Shown here in pieces: positions 37,287 to 51,363 of a stretch of 64,000 bases of DNA (its first letter is position 1; every line of letters begins with the position of its first letter). Position numbers and translations under genes: made by a program. The DNA comes from Eledone cirrhosa (lineage: Eukaryota): assembly GCA_964016885.1 (NCBI GenBank), contig OZ024740.1, positions 184,946,001 through 185,010,000 of the forward strand, given 5' to 3'. A model generated the notes under the pieces. The model saw nothing but the letters and a program-made list of their open reading frames with translations. It had not been told where the DNA came from and ran no database searches.

Positions 37287-38925
37287 TCTATCTATCTATC
37301 TATCTAAGGCGGGTAAAATTCCCGAGATCCATGGACGAGTTCTCTCCAGCGGTCTCTGTCCCTCATTATCGCTGCCATATCCTGCATCTCCAACAGACCA
37401 GTGTCTGTCCTTAGGGCATCAACATATGTTAACCTTGGTCTTCCTCTTCTAGTGTGTCCATGTAGGGGCTCCCAAAGGAGCACTGAGTGCAATGTCAACT
37501 CTGGATGTCGGTGAGCATGTCCAGCCAACCTCAGTCTCCTCTGTGTCACTTTTGAGCTGACTTTTGGGATGCTCCCATACAGCTCTGAGTTTTTCATCCT
37601 CAGTGTATACTGATTAATGTTCAGAGCCATCCTCAGCATTCTCGTGTAGCACCCATCCACCATCTGAGTGAGTCTCTTGGTCAGTGTCCAAGTCTCAGAC
37701 CCATACAGCAGCACAGACTCTACTACAGCAATGAAGAGGCTGATTTTCAGGTCTCTACGAAGGTCCGACTTCCACACCGATCTCAAGCTGTGACACACCG
37801 CCCAGGCCTTGCTCTTCCTCCCAACCACATCATCTTCCGTATTCCCAATCTTTGCTCCCAAATACAGGAAGTCCTCAACCAATTCCAGCGGCTTCCCGCC
37901 TACATTAGTGATCCCCTCTGGCTTCTCAACATTCTCCACCAGATATTTTGTTTTAGTCTCATTCATTCTCAGCCCCACACTCATCGACACAGTCTCAACC
38001 TCCCGCATCAAATCCTCTGCCTCCTTCACTGTATTTGTCACCAAAACTATGTCGTCGGCAAATTCAGCATCCGATACCTTTTTCGCCCCAACTCTCCTGC
38101 TCTGAGCCGGTGCTACAGTAAAGCCAGTGTCCTGGTATTTCTCCAGTGCAAGGCGCATACAATAGTCCACTACGATGATAAAAAGGTAGGGAGCCAATGT
38201 ATCTCCCTGGAGCACTCCAGCCAGTATCTCAAAGAACTCTGTCATCCCATCAGGTGTAATGACTTGGGCTTTGGTGTTGGTGTAGAGCAGTGATATCAGG
38301 TCCACTATCCTCTTGGGGATTCCATAAGCCTGTAAGATCTTCATCAGGCAGTAACGGTCCACAGAATCAAAGGCCTTCCTAAAGTCAATGAAAACCATGA
38401 CCGCAGGAAGGCACTTTGCTCTAGCTCCCTCTAATATCCTCCTCAGCATCAGGATGTGACTGGTGGTTGATCTACCCTCTCTGAAACCGTTCTGGTTGTC
38501 CCTGAGCTTCTTCTCCATCTCAGGCTGGATCCTGTTAAGAATCATCCTGTTGAGGGTCTTTGCCACAAGTGACGTCAGTGAGATCCCCCGGTAGTTGTTG
38601 GTGTTAGAGAGATCTCCCTTCTTTGGCACTGGGACGATGTTACTGATCCTCCACTGATTCGGGGCAACTCCTTTCTCCAGTGCCCCGTTACAGAACCCCA
38701 GGATGATATCATCAAAATCACACCTCTTCATCACCTCTGATGCCACTCCATCCTCTCCATGAGCCTTGCCCTCCTTGATCTTCTTCTTGGCCCTCTGAAG
38801 CTCCTCTCTGGTGAAGGGCTCTGTCTCAACATCCAGTTCCTCAAACAGCCGCCTGATCTCCCCACTGCTCTGGGCTGTGGAGGGTGGCTCTCCTAGTAGG
38901 GTCCTAAAATGGTCTAGCCATTTAG
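37287..38925 (-). mobile_element. Young 5'-truncated RTE-group LINE (RT ORF open from ~38870 to 37304), (TAGA)n tail, 11-bp TSD
   Basis: Motifs [93 protein letters not shown] at 37276-37286 and 38926-38936. One frameshift near 38870 (WLDHFRTLLGEPP is in another frame). Confidence 0.95.
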
Positions 38926-40439
38926 AGGAGAGAATAAGTGACGATTAAAAACTCTTTTTGTGGCTTCTATGTGTGTTGGGCAAACAGAAGGAAATTATTC
39001 TCAGACTGGAAACCAGATCCAAATGTTTGCAACAACTGTAGTCTGTAATCTACTAAATACATCCAAGGGTTTGTGAGGGTTTTTAAATCCCTTTTGTATG
39101 CATTAAGTCTACCAAACAAGATGTATATATATTGTCTAATATCATAAATAGACTTGTTGTGGAATTAGAATTATGACAATTGTAAGAAATTCTAAACTAT
39201 GGCCACTTTGATACTTGTGCTGCTATGAACTAGAGGATTATCCTCAAAATTTACTTTTCGACATGACTATGAATTGAATTTATACACTTATTATAGAATG
39301 TTGAGGGGGAAGAGTTTCAAATGAAAATACACAATTGTAAGTCCATTCGATGAAAAAGATAAATTAAAGAGAATAGAATTAAGAACAACACAAATTCTCT
39401 ATAGATTGGAATTCTTATTTACCAATTCAACACTGCAAACATAGGAGGTAATAAAAGAGCCTAACATGGTAATTTGCCTTGTTAAAAATAGGTGTTAAAT
39501 CCCCTTAAATCACAAAATCATATGTCAATGCCTTAAAAAATAAAGATGTGTATAAGTGAGGGATATGCGCACCATTTCTCTTAGAAACAAAGTCTCTTGA
39601 GATAAATTAGGTTGCAGGCCCTCCCCTGCCATCAGAAATACAGTGATGCTATGATAGGTTAAATAGAAACCTATAACTAAATTAGTGCTAAAAATAAATA
39701 AATAAGTATATAAATAAATCAGTGGCAAACGAAATGTTCAAAATATATACAGCAGCAGAAGTGGATATTTTAAGGTGATAGCAGAAAAGTCAGTGTAAAG
39801 GATGATGATCATGGTGGTGATGGTGATTCATGGGACGATGAAAATGTTAATAGTGATAGTGGTGATGATCATGGTGATGATGGTATTGGGTGATAATGAA
39901 GGGGTCTGTGTGTATGTCAAGGGAGGAGCTGAGGGCTGTCTGCACATAAGTTACATACTGATTTACTGTATGATCAATGTCATTTGTCTGTAAGTAGGTG
40001 AATGTGTGTGCATTTCTGTATGGAATATAAAAGATAACAAACAGTGCCGACGGTATATAATTTTGATGTATAACTTGTGTATCAGGATATTAAGTGTCAG
40101 ATACAGAAAGTGACACTTCACAGTCTCTCACCTCTTACTCCTTAATAAATCTATTATAAATATAGTGGAGATTGGTGTATTTGAGACTTAGTCTTAATAT
40201 AGTTATCACATTAGGGTTTCTAATAATGATTTCTTTATTATTGCCACTAGCATGACCACATGGGGTTTTAATAATGATGAGATAATTCGATGTGAAATTT
40301 ACCATGTGCTCAAAGATTTATCATGTGATTTATATATTGATAATTCATTTTTCTTTGCAATTTTGAAAGGAACCATAATGCTTCAGCAACACTGTTATAT
40401 TTGTGTGTTTTGTATTATTCTTTTTATTATTATTATTAT

Positions 40440-40651
40440 GGTGGTGGATTGGAAGTATCTCTAGAGCATCAGACACCATACTTTGCAACATAGAGTTACG
40501 TCCCTTTAGTCTGAGTTCAAATCCCACCAAACTAGGTTTGACTTTCATCCTTACAGGGTCGATAAAATAAAGCACCAGTAATGCACTGAGGTCGATTTAA
40601 TCAATTTTCCCCTCCACCAAAATTGCTAGCCTTGTGCCTATATTAGAAATC

Positions 40652-40656
<5 letters not shown>
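40440..40656 (+). mobile_element. Nin-domain-type SINE (longer, older variant)
   Basis: GGTGGATTGG..., B-box GAGTTCAAATCC, CTTTCATCCTTACAGGGTCGATAAAATAAAG, tail GCCTTGTGCC. Confidence 0.8.
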
Positions 40657-40689
<33 letters not shown>

Positions 40690-41789
40690 GGTAAGGGTCC
40701 AATTAAATTCCATAAATCAATTAAAGATGTTTATCATTTTTTTTTCAATTTACAAGGAAATTCATATTTAACATATTAGATATATGTATATATTTATACA
40801 CTTTGATGCAGTCTTGGTTACACACTCTGTATTTATACAGATATAACTTATATATATATATATATATATGGAACAACGTGTTGTGCTTAATGCAAAAATA
40901 GTATTGTTTGTTACAACCCCACCTCCCACATACATATGCACACCTTCTTTGTTCAAAACATTATTTATTCATATCTTTCAGTAATATCTTGCAGCAAGCA
41001 AGTGAGCAAGTTCTGAAACAGTAGAAACAAGTTTGAAGTGTGTGCATAAAAGAATAGCGACTTATTAAATAAATAAATATGTTATTGGACAGATATATAT
41101 CTTCAATCAGAACAAATATAATATTACTTTCTCAATGCAGGCAACAATTGCATTACTAACTCTACCCAGGAAGTATGTTTTTGGAATTTTTAATATATCT
41201 AAATGTTCAAATATTATTAATTTTTACAGTAGTTTTTGAAATATTCATGGGTTATGTAATGGCTTTCTTGATAAAAACCTGTTTAAATATGGTCCTGGTG
41301 AGCAACAATATTTTCAGATTGTTAAAGAATGTATTAAGCTTTAGTTTGTTTTATTTTATTATTCTTTTTGTGTGTTTTGTTTTATTGTTTTGGAGGTAGT
41401 GGGTTATTTTATGCAAAGAAGATTTCTCTCAGAGCGAAATTATATAAAGAAATAATTTTCTTGTTTTCATGAATTGGTAAAATATTGTTGAAAAGTCTTC
41501 AGGTTGTTTGCTGCAGAATATGAATAGCATATGCTGAACATCTAACACATGGTTCAATTGAAAACACAATCATATGTTTTGATAGAAGTTTCCCTGGTTA
41601 TGGCATTTGTAGGTTTCAAATAAAAGTTAAGTTTTACATAACATAGAATCTTGTTTTTCTGTACAATGGGAAGAAGAAAGAGAAAATGACTTAGCAGTGT
41701 TGTCAGAACATAAGCAGTATTTATTCCAGTTCTGTAACTTGAGTGAGCCTAAATAGAGTTATAAGAAATAAATCACATCTCTATTGAAA

Positions 41790-42002
41790 TATTCCATTCC
41801 ATCTGGAATTAGAAAGGACTTGCTGAAATAGATAATGTTTTGAATGATTAATTTAGTAATTGGATCATATCTTAATAAAGAGTTCTTAAATAAAATTTTG
41901 ATCGAAGGTTTTAATTTAAAGTGAACATTTTTAAAATGAGAAGATTTACAATAAATAACCAGAGGCAGTCTTAGCTGAGCAGGTTGATATTGAAGGCATT
42001 AA
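41790..42002. mobile_element. Degenerate TTAA-type MITE
   Basis: Resembles 44420-44748 and the reverse complement of 4497-4670 (AACCAGAGGCAG...AGGTTGATATTGAAGGCATTAA). Confidence 0.45.
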
Positions 42003-42577
42003 TCAGGACTGTGCTGAGATTAAACAATGGCAGCAAGAACAACAGTAGCAGAACAATGACAGAAACTACTGAATTCAATTAAATTGTAGTTAGCTGTAGT
42101 ATAGGACATTGGGCGTTTAAATATCTGAGAGGTCACAGAGGTTAAAATTTCCTACTTGTAATCCTCCTTTTAGATTTTATTTCTAAATCCAAACCACTTA
42201 TTCATTTTATTTTTCTTGTAAAAATCATTAAAAAAGAGGATAATTTTGCACATTTAACACTTCAGCTTCATAGAATCCAGTTGCTACAGAAAATAGCCTA
42301 CAGAATGAAGTAATATGAGGAGAGAAGGAAACAACATTATAGGCTGATTGTATGGAAAAAAGGCTTAAGAAGGATATAATAATAATTTTCTTGTTAAAAT
42401 AAATCATATTTTATCACTTTCACCTGCAGCGAAACTTGACTTAAAATTTATTTATGCAGCATTATTGAATTTCGATTTTAAGTGGACGACCAATGAGGAA
42501 AAAGAGGCGTTATAAATACAGTATGCATCTGTTTGTAAGCATATCTTACAAATACAGGAATGTGTAAATGAATGAAA

Positions 42578-42612
<35 letters not shown>

Positions 42613-42806
42613 TTATATATATATATACGGGTGTGTATGTAAGTGATATAAATGCATGTGTAGATGTATGCATGCATGTATGAGTGCATATATGCATGTC
42701 AATGTATGTTTGTTTATTTGTATGCATCCAGGAATGCATGCATGTATAATTTGTTTTTAAAACGAAAATGTGCACGCACACACATACATGTGCATGCATG
42801 CATGTG

Positions 42807-42853
<47 letters not shown>

Positions 42854-44419
42854 GGATATGAAATTTCAAATTTTAAGCAAAAGAACCTTTAACATTTTAA
42901 ATAATTAATAGCTTTACATAGATATTTTTTCCTTCTCTTTCATGTGTTTCTTAAAACAAAACCATTAACATCACCTTCCATGCCATTAATTCTTAAACAG
43001 TAAACAAATATTTTAACATCAGCAAAGCATTGAATCAGTTATGCATTCCACACATACATATTTGCACACACATCATTTATGAAAATTATATATATATATT
43101 CATATATATATATATATTTGTATATATATATATACTAATATATATACACATAAATACACATATATATGCGTGTATATATACGCATATATATTTATTTGTA
43201 TATATACATGCATATATATATGTATTTGTGTATATATATTTATATATACATATATATATGTGCATATATATATGCATATATTTATATATATATATATTTA
43301 TTTGTGTGGGGGTGTTTGTGTATACATTAGTGTCATAATCATTTAATGTCTGTTTCTCCTATATATACATATGAGTCTGTGTGAATTTCCTTTTGAGTAT
43401 CTGTTTGTTATGTATCAGAATGTATATGCTGTTCACAGAAAAAATATTTTAAAATTTATATCTCTTTTGTGAATATATATGGAAATAATTGTTCACAAAA
43501 ATCCATAACCTTAGTCATCAACTCTTCTTACTCAAATTAGTTGTCAAAAGATTTTCAATTTACACTCTACTCTCTTACATATGTCAGGTCACATCAAATA
43601 CTGTATTTTTAGTTATCGTTTGTTTGCGTCTGTATTTCCATTCCTTACTCTACTTCACATTGGGCCATCTTAAGCCAGTAGCATATAATTTCTATTATTA
43701 TGAGAATATGTTGCTTTCCCCTTAAACAAACTTTCTCAATTTCTGTAGAAATTTACATGAATTGATTCCTACACTTCTCACAGCATAATATAGATGAGAG
43801 AGAGAAGAAACCTCAAAGTTATTAGGACAGTTGTTCTCAACAGGATTTGAATGCAGAATCCATTCATCCAAAATAAAACTGCAATGTATTCTGTCCTACT
43901 TTCTAATGACTGCCAATGTGCTATCTTACAACTCCTAAAATATTATGCTTGCAAGAAAAAAATACTTGAAGAATACAGCTAGATAGCCTTTGATCAGTCT
44001 ACTCAGCAGGAGTTGATTTGGAGCAGAAGTCTCTTTGTTTTTCCACAGTATTGTTTATCTATGGCTACAATAAATAATGTTTTCTTACATATCAAATTTG
44101 AAGATATGTTATTCTTTTGTTAATTTCAGCCACCAGTTAAAGACTTACTCATCAGTAGCACTGGGGCTATTTAAAAGAAAATAAACACATGTTTAGGGCA
44201 TCAAGAGAAAGGGGGACTATTTTATTCAAAGGAAATTTATTTGTGGTTTCTTCAGATTTTTGGCAGAATTTATGTGAGGCATCATAACCTTCAAAGTACC
44301 TAGGTCATCGAAAGGACTTAATCTAACTTTGCATCCATGTTTATAGAAGAATAAGTAGATTCTTGAAAAGAAGGTATATTTTGATTGAGAATGTAAAATG
44401 TTAATAAAGGGGCAGAATT

Positions 44420-44748
44420 TTAACACTTTTGTGACCATATTTATAATGAAATATTTTCTCTTTTAATAAATTAATGCAGAATGTTGAAGGGTTTAATCAA
44501 ATGATTAATTATTTCATTCCTAATATAATTGTTTCTACTTTTGGCACAAGGCCAACAAAAAAACCCAGTGTATTACTGGTACTTTATTTTATCGACCCCC
44601 CCCCCCCCCCCCCAATATAACTTAACATATGGTTCTTGTATAATATCATGATGGAAGATATACATTTATATAGGAATTGTTTGAAATGGATGGTTTTCTT
44701 TCACTGAACCAGAGCTGGTTTTAACCAGGTTGGTTGCAAAAGGGTTAA
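44420..44748. mobile_element. piggyBac-type MITE (TTAA TSD) with a nested SINE stub
   Basis: TTAA|CACTTTTGTGACCA ... TGGTTGCAAAAGGG|TTAA. Confidence 0.6.
44529..44613 (-). mobile_element. 5'-truncated Nin-type SINE ending in an 18-nt C run, TSD AATATAA
   Basis: TSD at 44522-44528 and 44614-44620. SINE sequence stops at ATCGACCCC and extends into C18. Confidence 0.8.
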
Positions 44749-45022
44749 TAAAGTATTATTATAAGTTGTCATTGTTTAGTTGCTGATTCATCAGACATAT
44801 GATCAGAGGCATTCCAAAAATGACTTTACTGTCTTTTTGTATATCTACCACTAAAATTACCAATATATCAGTTTGCATATTTTTAAAAGCAGTAAAATAT
44901 TAATCAAGGGAAATGTGGCTGTTATTATTGGCATGTATACTATATAGAAGCTTCCATTCCGGTTGATCTTTACATGATGAATAAATAAAGTAGAAAATCT
45001 CTATTGAAGATTCTAGTTTCAA

Positions 45023-45297
45023 GATCATCATCATCATTATCATCATCATCACTTAACGTCCATTTTCCGTGCTAGCATGGGTTAGATGGATTGTCCCATT
45101 AGAGGCAAGTTGGGTCAGGTGATTGTGTCTTGCTCATATAGAACTGTTTCTGGCTAGGTTTCTATGGCTGGATTCACTTGCTAACGCCAACCACATTTAC
45201 AATGTGTGCTGGGACTTTTTGTCATGACTCCTACATGACCACTTTACAGTGTGGGTGGAGTGCTTTTTGTCGTGACACATACACACCACTTTACAGA
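45023..45297 (-). mobile_element. (ATG)n-tailed retroposon 3' module with 2-3 tandem 48-bp units
   Basis: (CAT)n TTAACGTCCATTTTCCGTGCTAGCATGGGTTAGA...CCACTTTACAG. Confidence 0.75.
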
Positions 45298-45743
45298 TGC
45301 TAAAATAAAACCTTAAAGAGCTTAATAAATCCTTACACATGGTATTAATGAACATTTCTCTCTCTCTCTCAGACACAGATGGACAGAGAGATGACAGACA
45401 TATAGAGAGAATCTTATTGGGTGATTCTTGTAATTCATTGTTTTACTGTCCACATTTTCAAGCTGGCGTGGGTTGGGTGGAGCCATTAGAGGCAGTGTTA
45501 TATAGTTAAATTCCCTTATTGATGCCAACACTTTTAGGGCCCTCCTATGACATGTAGATGAACATTGTACATATTCTAAAAACTGACAGACACATATATA
45601 TATATTGGAGATTAAATTGTAACACAGTTGCGTCTTCAATATAACACTTTTTAAAGAAAAGCTGCTATATGTACATTCACAGACACACATGAAAACAAAA
45701 AATAAATGTATTTTTCTTTTATATTTATTCCTTATCATCTTCC

Positions 45744-45774
<31 letters not shown>

Positions 45775-45965
45775 AATGAATCTACTTATTTAGATTCTGA
45801 GCTTGCAGCTATCATAAATTAATTAATGCAAGAATCTGCCATAAACATACATCAACATCTGTATTGCATTTGTAGAGTTTTACAGCAATATATCCTAATT
45901 TCTCTCATTCTCTCATTCTCTCTCTCTCTCTCTATCTATCTCTCTTTCTCTATCTCTATCTCTTT

Positions 45966-46026
<61 letters not shown>

Positions 46027-46335
46027 GTATGAATGTGCAAGATATTTAGAATTGATGTATCACACCATAACACTAGAATCAGATATAATCCATCAATTTT
46101 GTTATTCTGCCTACCTCGCTAAATTTACCATTATATCTTGTAAAAGAATGAACATCTGTTATTAATGTCTGAACTGGTTTGCAAATTTGAAAACAAAATG
46201 TGTATTTAATTCACACATGAGAATTTCTCTGGCTAATGCCTGAAAATCATTCCTAAAAAATAAACAAATCTACAGAAAAATTAGACAAAAAAATATTTGT
46301 GTAAAAGAAATTTAGAAAATTAATTGAAATAAGTA

Positions 46336-46510
46336 TAATTGTTTCTTCTTTTTGGCACAAGGCCAGCAATACCTAGTACATTACTGGTACTTTATTTTAT
46401 CAGCCCCGTAAGGATGAAAGGCAAAGTTGACCTCGGTGGGATTTGAACTCAGATTGTAAAGGGACGTAACTACGCTGGAAAGCATGTCCGACCCTCTACC
46501 TATACTGCCA
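46336..46510 (-). mobile_element. Nin-domain-type SINE, subfamily B, 12-bp TSD
   Basis: TSD AATAAGTATAAT at 46328-46339 and 46510-46521. Confidence 0.88.
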
Positions 46511-46645
46511 ATAAGTATAATAAACTGTGGTCACCATTCATAATTGAGTATGACTTGGGAGAGGCATGAAACATACTTTCACTAATATTTTTAGTTGCCC
46601 ATATAGTTGCAACTAAATGCTGACACTTTCATAGCCTTCCAACTC

Positions 46646-47117
46646 TTCATCATCATCATCACCATTTTATGTCCAATCTTCCACGTTAGCATGGGTTAGA
46701 CGGGTTGTCCTGTTGTGGGCAATGCCAGGTCAAGTGACCATGTCTTGCTCATACAGAACTGATTTTGGCTCCTCCTTACACTAACCTCATTTACAGTGAG
46801 TACTGGGTGCTTTTTTACCATGGTGCCTACACGACCACTTTACAGTGTGAGCTGGGTGCTTTTTTGTCGTGACACCTACACAACCACTTTACAGTGTGGG
46901 GGGGGGGGGCATATTGTCTATATGCTTCAGCTTGTACCCGTGGGAAGTCGGGTCTTCTGTATTATTGTGTAATGCCAGATGTCTCGGTCCTGTGTCATCA
47001 CCTTTAAGAGGTGCAATTGGGCAAGGTCAGCTGTTATCACCTCATCCCAGGTCTTCTTGGGTTCTCCCCACTCCAAGGCTTCCATCGACTTTTAGTGCTC
47101 TGCAACTTTTTATCCAG
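46646..47117 (-). mobile_element. 3' end of the PHD-RT LINE family with 3' UTR and (ATG)n tail
   Basis: Reverse complement translates WIKSCRALKVDGSLGVGR../KKTWDEVITADLAQLHLLKVMTQDRDIWHYTIIQKTRL, matching the end of the 14218 ORF. Confidence 0.82.
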
Positions 47118-47260
47118 GAGAATATCCAGGATGTGACTGCTAAAAAGAAAGAGCTGCACCAGCACATGGATGATACATTTTTTCATCAATTCTAATAAGA
47201 TGAAAGGCAAAGAAGATCTTAGCAGGATTTGAACACAGAACACGAAGAGCATGAACAAAT

Positions 47261-47464
47261 ATTTGTTTCTGATTTAGGCACAAGCCCCAAAATTTTGAAG
47301 GATGGGATGGGAAATATTTTATCCCAGTGCTTTATTTTATCAACCCCACAGGATGAAAAGCAAAACGAACCTCAATGCGATTTGAACTCAGAATGTAAAG
47401 GGACATAACTAAATGTCACAAAGCATGTTGACTGACGCTTAACTGATACTGTCAATCCACCACC
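47261..47464 (-). mobile_element. Nin-type SINE inserted into an older Nin-type SINE (47170-47500)
   Basis: TGTTTCTGATTTAGGCACAAG...TTTGAACTCAGAATG...CAATCCAC, flanked by GAACAAAT direct repeats. Confidence 0.65.
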
Positions 47465-48235
47465 CTGGAACAAATGTTGCTATGCATTCTTAACTGACCT
47501 CCAGCAAATCGGTCAAAGATAGCAGGTAATCAGAAACTGGTAGATTCAGTTATAGCATATTTCAGTCAGAGAATTTATGTTGCTTCATTTCATTTTTGTG
47601 AAGCTTTTAACATTTTTGAGCCTTTGAGGGAGCTTTCACCTCATTGCTAGACTTGCTGAAAAGAACAGCCAAATCCTTCAAACCATATGCTACTGTCTTA
47701 TAAAAAAAAAAACAAGTTGAATGAGGTTTTGAGTTCCCTGCAAATGAGATGATAGGATAGTCACAGCTGGAATGATTTTATCAAAGGTTTTCTTGGTCAA
47801 CTTAGTTGACTTGGAGTCAAGCAACAGCAACTTTAATTTTCATGCGCCAATAGAAGTGACTTCACATGGCCCCTTGTCCTGCTACATATAACAGCCATGT
47901 CTACTTCAAACCTCACCCTTCCATTTTAAATAAAGGTTATGTTGGATAATATGGCCCTGGGATTTCTATTTGAAAATAGGACAATAAACGAGTACGATAT
48001 GATTTGTGGGTTTTAACTAATATATCTAGCAGGGTGAATGATCACATAGACTTACTTTTTGGCTTGCTCACATGTAGTCACTAATTTTGCTAGAAATACC
48101 AGCCAAATTTCATTTAAATTATCATGCATCTTAAAAAGGAAAATCATGTTGGATAGATGTGTGCATCCCTAAGAAACAAAGTAAGCATTGCTCACCAATA
48201 AAAATTATCATCTATTTAATTATCTAACCTTTTAA

Positions 48236-48390
48236 GGCAGAGAATTGTCAGTCATTAGAACATCGGATAGTATTTTGTGGCATTCGTTCCGGTTCTCTAC
48301 AGTTTGTGTTAAAATCCTGCTGATGTCAACTTTGCCTTTCATCATTTCAAGGTCTATAAAGAAAAGTATCAGTCTAGTACTGGAGTTAAT
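48236..48390 (+). mobile_element. Old Nin-type SINE
   Basis: GGCAGAGAATTGTCAG...GTCAACTTTGCCTTTCATC...AAGTATCAG. Confidence 0.55.
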
Positions 48391-51147
48391 TCTTCTTCCA
48401 TATCTCTTTCTCACTTTCTATCCTTCTCTTAAAGAAATTTGCTGTCTTCAGGCCTGAGAGGGATAGGCTTTGCCAGGTTTAAAAATCCTAAGAAATGACA
48501 TATGTCAATATAGTATACCTGCAACTCCATCAGGAGTTACAGGACCATACCTAACATTTTGCTGTATCAAAGTTTTATAGATTCATTACAAAAGTACTTG
48601 AATAATGCCATTAACATTTTGGATTGATACAATAATAAATACCCCACACTGAATGCAAGATGAGATGGTCACTGCTGGAGCACATTTCATCCTATGTCTT
48701 CTCCATCATAGCTGTTCTGGTGAGTTTAAACCTCAACAACAAATACTTTATAATATATAACGTAAATTTCCTTTCTCTGAGTGAGAGAGAGACAGATAGA
48801 CAGACATTGTTGAGAATGGTAATGGCATTGTTTTCTTGTGCCAAAACATTTTCTTTTGATGCATAAAAATGCTATCATATTATAGTTTAAGAGATATTAA
48901 CTTTGAAATATACTGCTTATTATTTCTAAAAGAAAATACCTGTTATTAAGTTTAAGAAGAAAAAAAAGTAAATATATCCAGAAGGGAGAGAAGAGATTTT
49001 ATAAATCAAATAAAATGTGTATGAATATTCATTATATGAAACTAAATAAAAACAGTTCAGATTAATACCTGTATGATAATTTCTTTTTATATGAGTGAGG
49101 CTGAATCTCTGGTAATAGCTATGAATATTCATCAGTGCAAGCTATACTGTAAATAATTGGAAAATCTCTCAGCTGTAACGTCATCATTTTTAGTTGACAT
49201 ATAGCATACATTTAATGCCTGTACTGTAGTGAGGTAGTAAGTACCAAGAAAGTGAAGGATTTAATCCATCAGCAAGGTTAATACCACCATCAACTGATTC
49301 TAGGATATCTTTAACACGATTCTACTCTATTGCAACCATTTGAGGGGAAGTCTCTAGTTTAAGGATAACACCCTTTCACTCGTATTACTGGCCCTATTAA
49401 ATGGCATTACTCTTCATCCTTTGATAAAGCCACAAGAAAAAAAAAAGGTTTTTTATGATGTTGTTTGAATCTCTAGTTGAGTAATTTCAGATAACATGAT
49501 CCTCATACTATTGGAACATTCAAAATTCTCCAGCATTTCCAGTTGTGCATATTTCTGTGGTTTACTCTTTGATTCCTTGGAAGAATTTGAATTTATGACA
49601 GCATGATAACAAGATGTTTGTCAATTTTACTGTGCTGTCAATGCTTACAGTGTTAAATAGGCATACCTTAGTTGACTGAGTAATTTGAGGATTATATGTC
49701 TTGAATATAGACTCAAAATGGTGCAGGTGATAGGATAAAGATCTCTGGCCATTAAACTGGGTTTCTTTATATATTATTTCCTCATTGATAGATGTCCTCC
49801 ATGCTTATATAGGAAATCTATATTTATTAAGTATACAATAGAAAGCCTAATATCAGATATGATGTGAATTAGCTATAAAATGATTTAAAATATTTTCTCT
49901 TTGTAAATATGTAATCTATTGTGTTTTATAGTCAAGAGATCAGAATATACAAAGGACATGAGAAAATTAAAAAATTTGATTGTTGGTAATATCCAGTAAC
50001 CAGAAATTAGTCTTACTGAAGTGAAGTTGAAATAAGATAGATCTGGATTAGCCTAAGAGTGATGGATTTAGTAAGAAGAATGACTAAAGTGAAAGAAAAA
50101 CAAAGAACGAAAATGTTTCATAGCTATTCCAATTCAAAGCAGTCTGATATGATGAATGTAAGTTATAAAAGATAATGATGTTTTTATTCATCTGAAAAAT
50201 TAGTTTTATTATCTGAAAGAATGAATGAAGATAGAAAATGTGGATTCTTCTCTGATAATTGGTGTACTTTCCAGCATGGCTATTGAACTCCTCTTCAATG
50301 GCATTATGTCACAGTTGGGTTAGTTCAGACCATCCTTTCAATTTTTCTCTGTTCTAAACTGCATATCTTTGAACATTCTGGGATTTTAGCCAAAGAAATG
50401 GACATTACATTTATGCCTGTCAGCTTAAGTGTGCAGAGTAGATAAACAACGTTTTCATTTTATAGAACAGGAAACAATAGCCTTTCTCTTCATACTGAAC
50501 ATTATCCACTTCATAGACTATTTCTTTCAACTCAGTCTCTGAGCTGTGTAAGCAAATTAAGGCTTTTTAACCTACCATTCCTCATGTCATAATTTTCTCT
50601 ATCCCTCCTAGCTTATAGGCAACAGACATTCAGATCTTAAATTTATTACACCTCTTTGTGCTTCAATGCAAGCAAACCCTATTTGTTCTTACATAATAAA
50701 AGGAATAAGTTATGTTTCTTTTCTTGCAAGTGTCAGCAAAGTTTTCTATTGCGTTGACAAATATTCTCTTTTCTATCACCTTCTTTTACATGTTGACTAT
50801 TCTCTTTCTTGTAACATTTCTTTTCCTTTTTCCTTGAATAATATATCAAATATGTCAACAATGCTTACTGATCTTAACTATTTTTCTAAGCACCATTCAG
50901 TATGTTACCTTGTTGGTTATTATCAAACAGACTCAAATAAACATTTATATGTGTTATCAGGTTACTTTGTCACCACATTCTAATATATTTAGAATTTACA
51001 AAGAAATGAAAACCACAAATACTTGCTGTGCTTCACATTTTTATTCAAATCAAATTTCCTTCAACCAAGCTTTAATGAAAAATGCAAGCAAAATAACAAA
51101 CTAAATAATATAATTTTTCGATTACCTTTTTTAAAAAAGAAACTCAT

Positions 51148-51285
51148 TGCTGTGTGGTTAAAAGGTTTCTTACTCAGCTACTTGGATTTGGTTTCAGTCC
51201 TACTGTATGGCCACTTCTACAATAGTTACAACTCTACCAAAGTCTTGTGAGTGATATTTGGTTAAATGAATCTGTAGAAGTATGT
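51148..51285 (+). mobile_element. Old tRNA-derived SINE (GCTGTGTGGTTAA head; CTTGTGAGTG..TTTGGT 3' part)
   Basis: Same family as the interrupted copy at 12708-12732 / 13109-13230. Confidence 0.55.
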
Positions 51286-51363
51286 TTTCTGTATATATTT
51301 TGTTTATATACAAGCATGTTGCTTATATATATTTGTGTGTGTATGTCATCTATATATAAGTAT

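Noticed and set aside
42486-42520. CCAAT plus TATAAATA promoter-like pair
   Set aside because: The spacing is unusually short, such motifs are common in AT-rich DNA, and no downstream exon is recognisable.
44060-44160. Minus-strand CTGATGA...GAAA
   Set aside because: Stem II does not pair and there is no UH before the putative stem I partner.
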